Shown here piece after piece: positions 19,545 through 21,392 of a stretch of DNA of 21,392 nucleotides. Origin of the DNA: Candidatus Auribacterota bacterium (lineage in GTDB: Bacteria; Auribacterota; UBA6266). Each line of letters begins with the position of its first letter. Position 1 is the first letter of the stretch. Made by a program: the position numbers and the translations under genes. The notes below the pieces were generated by a model. It searched no databases. It was not told the origin of the DNA and was given only the letters and a program-made list of their open reading frames with translations. The stretch is from the NCBI GenBank assembly GCA_023136205.1, contig JAGLRQ010000078.1, positions 1 through 21,392 of the forward strand. The letters are read 5' to 3'.

Positions 19545-21392
19545 TTACTTATAACCTGTTGCCATCTCCCAGAGTGAATATCCCCAGCCGGTACCGCACT
19601 CGGTTCCATACATTCTTAAATACCGGGCATTAACTGCCGGGACTCTAATTTCATCTATACCGCCATCACCAGTGGTAGTAGAATAAATATCCTGCCAATG
19701 AGTTGCGTCATTTGATATTTGAAGTTGATATGACTTGCCATAAGCAATTTCCCATTCTAATATAACGGTGTTAAAACTTTTCGGTGTGCCAAAATCAATA
19801 TATATCCATTCATTATCGCTCCAATCAGATGCCCATCTGGTATTTAAATCGCCGTCAGAAGCTTTTTCAGCTTCCAGGCCTGCTCCTTCAACTGATGAGG
19901 CCATTACATTCGCATAATGAATATCATAATACACCTCAAATTCCCACAATGAATATCCCCCCCAAACGGTGGCGCGCTCAGTTCCGTAGAAACGTATATA
20001 TCTGGCACTGACAGTATCAAACTCAATTTCATCTATACCACCATCGCTGACAGTGGTTGAATAAACTATCTGCCAGCCTAGAGAATCGTTAGACACTTCA
20101 ATTGCATAGGATTTGCCGTAAGCAGCTTCCCAATTAAGAATAACTTTATTAACTGGCTTTTCTTCTCCTAAATCTATTTGATACCACTGCGGGTCTGAGA
20201 ACTGAGATGACCATCTGGTATATGGATTACCATCTGCAGCATTTGAAGGTGGAAAATATTGATTTTCTTCGCTTGAGGCTGAGGCAGGCTTGTTCTTTGC
20301 CAAGTTAACAGCTAAAGAAAAGTAATCACCACATTTATCTTCGTCCTGCAAGCCTTCCAGATCGGTGGCAGTTAATTTGACAAGATATCTGTCTGCCCTT
20401 GGCAAGGTGGATATATCCCAGGTATAGGCGCAATCGTTGGCCTCACCCAAGGCTATATCCTGCCACCTCATAAATCTTATTTCATCCACATAGATAGTGC
20501 CCGCTCCTGAGCCAATGGAATTAGTAAAGCCGATAGAGAGATTCTCTAAGAAAGCGGTATCTATATCGCTAAAGTCAGTTAAGGGGATAGTTACCATCTG
20601 CCACTCAGCAGTTACTCCGTCTGGTAAGTAATTAGTAATTAAGAGCTTGGTTTCAGCAGAAGTCAAATCCTTTAAGCCAATCTCGAAAACCTCTTGTCCT
20701 ATGGCACCTTTGACCAAAAAGCTTAGCTGTTCATAAGCGCTCATATCCAACTGGGTGGAAAGGCCCGTCCAGAAGCCGCTCTGGCTGCTTATTTGATAGG
20801 TGACGTCGTAGTTTAATTGTAGAGACAGGCCAGTATCACCATAGATAAGAGTTGGGTCATTATTGAATATGGTTTCTATGGCAGCTCCTTCGTAGTTCCA
20901 GGATTCTGACCAAGCATCTAAACTATTAAAGTAATCTTCATCGTTAAAGTTATCTACCAGGATCTGATTTAGGGCATTAGTGTACTGAATATCTATAGCT
21001 AAGGTGTCATCCGGGTCAGGGTCAACTGCCTGCCAGAGGATTTCATAAGTATCTGAGCCTATTTGTTCGCTTCCCCAGGGTTGGGAAATAACGATAAGAG
21101 GATGCTCATTAATGGCATCCGGAATTACCTCAACAGGTGTTGATTCAGATGATAAGTTACCGGCAGTGTCTTCAATAACCGCGTTTACCTCACTGCCTAT
21201 CTGGACATTAACAGGTTCTAAATCTGGACGTAATGTGTTGTGGGCGGTATTAATCAAATTATAAATCGCAGTATTTAGAGTCTCTTGGTCGGCAGAAATG
21301 GTGTTATTGATATAATTTGTAACAACTGAAGGATAAGTGGCAGTAGCGCCTGCTTCCATGTCAACTGCCAAAACTGCTGAGGAGTTTAGGAT
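19545..21392 (-). CDS. Large secreted or surface carbohydrate-binding protein (5' end outside the window) with a CBM11/CIA30-like region and two tandem F5/8 type C (discoidin, CBM32-like) domains
   Basis: The frame stays open to the window edge; the track's TTG at 21371 is probably internal. Two about 140-aa repeats each contain ...A.DG...TRW.S......W..IDLG......V.L.WE.AYGKSY.....ND...W...YSTT..DGG.DEI.......ARY.R.YG.......GYSLWE. Confidence 0.8.
   Translation of the reverse strand: MLNSSAVLAVDMEAGATATYPSVVTNYINNTISADQETLNTAIYNLINTAHNTLRPDLEPVNVQIGSEVNAVIEDTAGNLSSESTPVEVIPDAINEHPLIVISQPWGSEQIGSDTYEILWQAVDPDPDDTLAIDIQYTNALNQILVDNFNDEDYFNSLDAWSESWNYEGAAIETIFNNDPTLIYGDTGLSLQLNYDVTYQISSQSGFWTGLSTQLDMSAYEQLSFLVKGAIGQEVFEIGLKDLTSAETKLLITNYLPDGVTAEWQMVTIPLTDFSDIDTAFLENLSIGFTNSIGSGAGTIYVDEIRFMRWQDIALGEANDCAYTWDISTLPRADRYLVKLTATDLEGLQDEDKCGDYFSLAVNLAKNKPASASSEENQYFPPSNAADGNPYTRWSSQFSDPQWYQIDLGEEKPVNKVILNWEAAYGKSYAIEVSNDSLGWQIVYSTTVSDGGIDEIEFDTVSARYIRFYGTERATVWGGYSLWEFEVYYDIHYANVMASSVEGAGLEAEKASDGDLNTRWASDWSDNEWIYIDFGTPKSFNTVILEWEIAYGKSYQLQISNDATHWQDIYSTTTGDGGIDEIRVPAVNARYLRMYGTECGTGWGYSLWEMATGYK

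Noticed and set aside
19545-20330. Considered whether the two similar about 400-bp segments in the discoidin protein gene are a DGR template/variable repeat pair.
   Set aside because: They are in-frame tandem protein domains that have diverged at all codon positions, not at adenine-specific sites. No reverse transcriptase or non-coding template repeat is in the window.

Overview
This is a 21.4-kb window from an AT-rich bacterial chromosome. The gene content (four-subunit pyruvate:ferredoxin oxidoreductase, PolX, a long Bacillus-type SRP RNA) suggests an anaerobe, but I cannot assign a taxon. All GC figures are by-eye estimates.

The window has two parts.

(1) Positions 1-6371 are an accessory, very AT-rich region (about 25-30% GC). 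It holds plus-strand ORFs separated by imperfect palindromes that fit integron attC architecture: R'' RYYYAAC, 5 nt, L'' ... L', 6 nt, R' GTTRRRY. No integrase is in the window, so this is either a CALIN or the distal end of a sedentary chromosomal integron whose intI/attI would lie left of position 1. Most cassette ORFs have no family I recognise. Exceptions are a PNPOx-like flavoprotein, a GC-rich (about 53%) BioB-like radical SAM gene that is clearly foreign, and a PLDc_N/Coa1-like membrane protein.

The most unusual feature is a 168-bp repeat with inverted-repeat ends. Two full copies each sit exactly at the G|TT crossover point of an attC R' box. One further copy is split: its right 50 bp and left 39 bp flank the PNPOx + radical SAM segment in right...left order. 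The left half carries a ribosome-binding region and an ATG. That ATG starts a 21-codon micro-ORF in the full copies and the 244-aa ORF at 5637.

(2) Positions 6430-21392 are core genome at roughly 40% GC. In order: polX-nth-orf391 operon, folE-ccdA, porGDAB, recR, ybaB, dnaX, SRP RNA, tRNA-Arg(ACG), tadA, tRNA-Ser(CGA), and a 5'-truncated large surface protein with two discoidin domains.

Smaller observations include candidate dnaX frameshift heptamers, a (GTGAATN)5 tandem repeat between polX and nth, and tadA lying beside its substrate tRNA gene.
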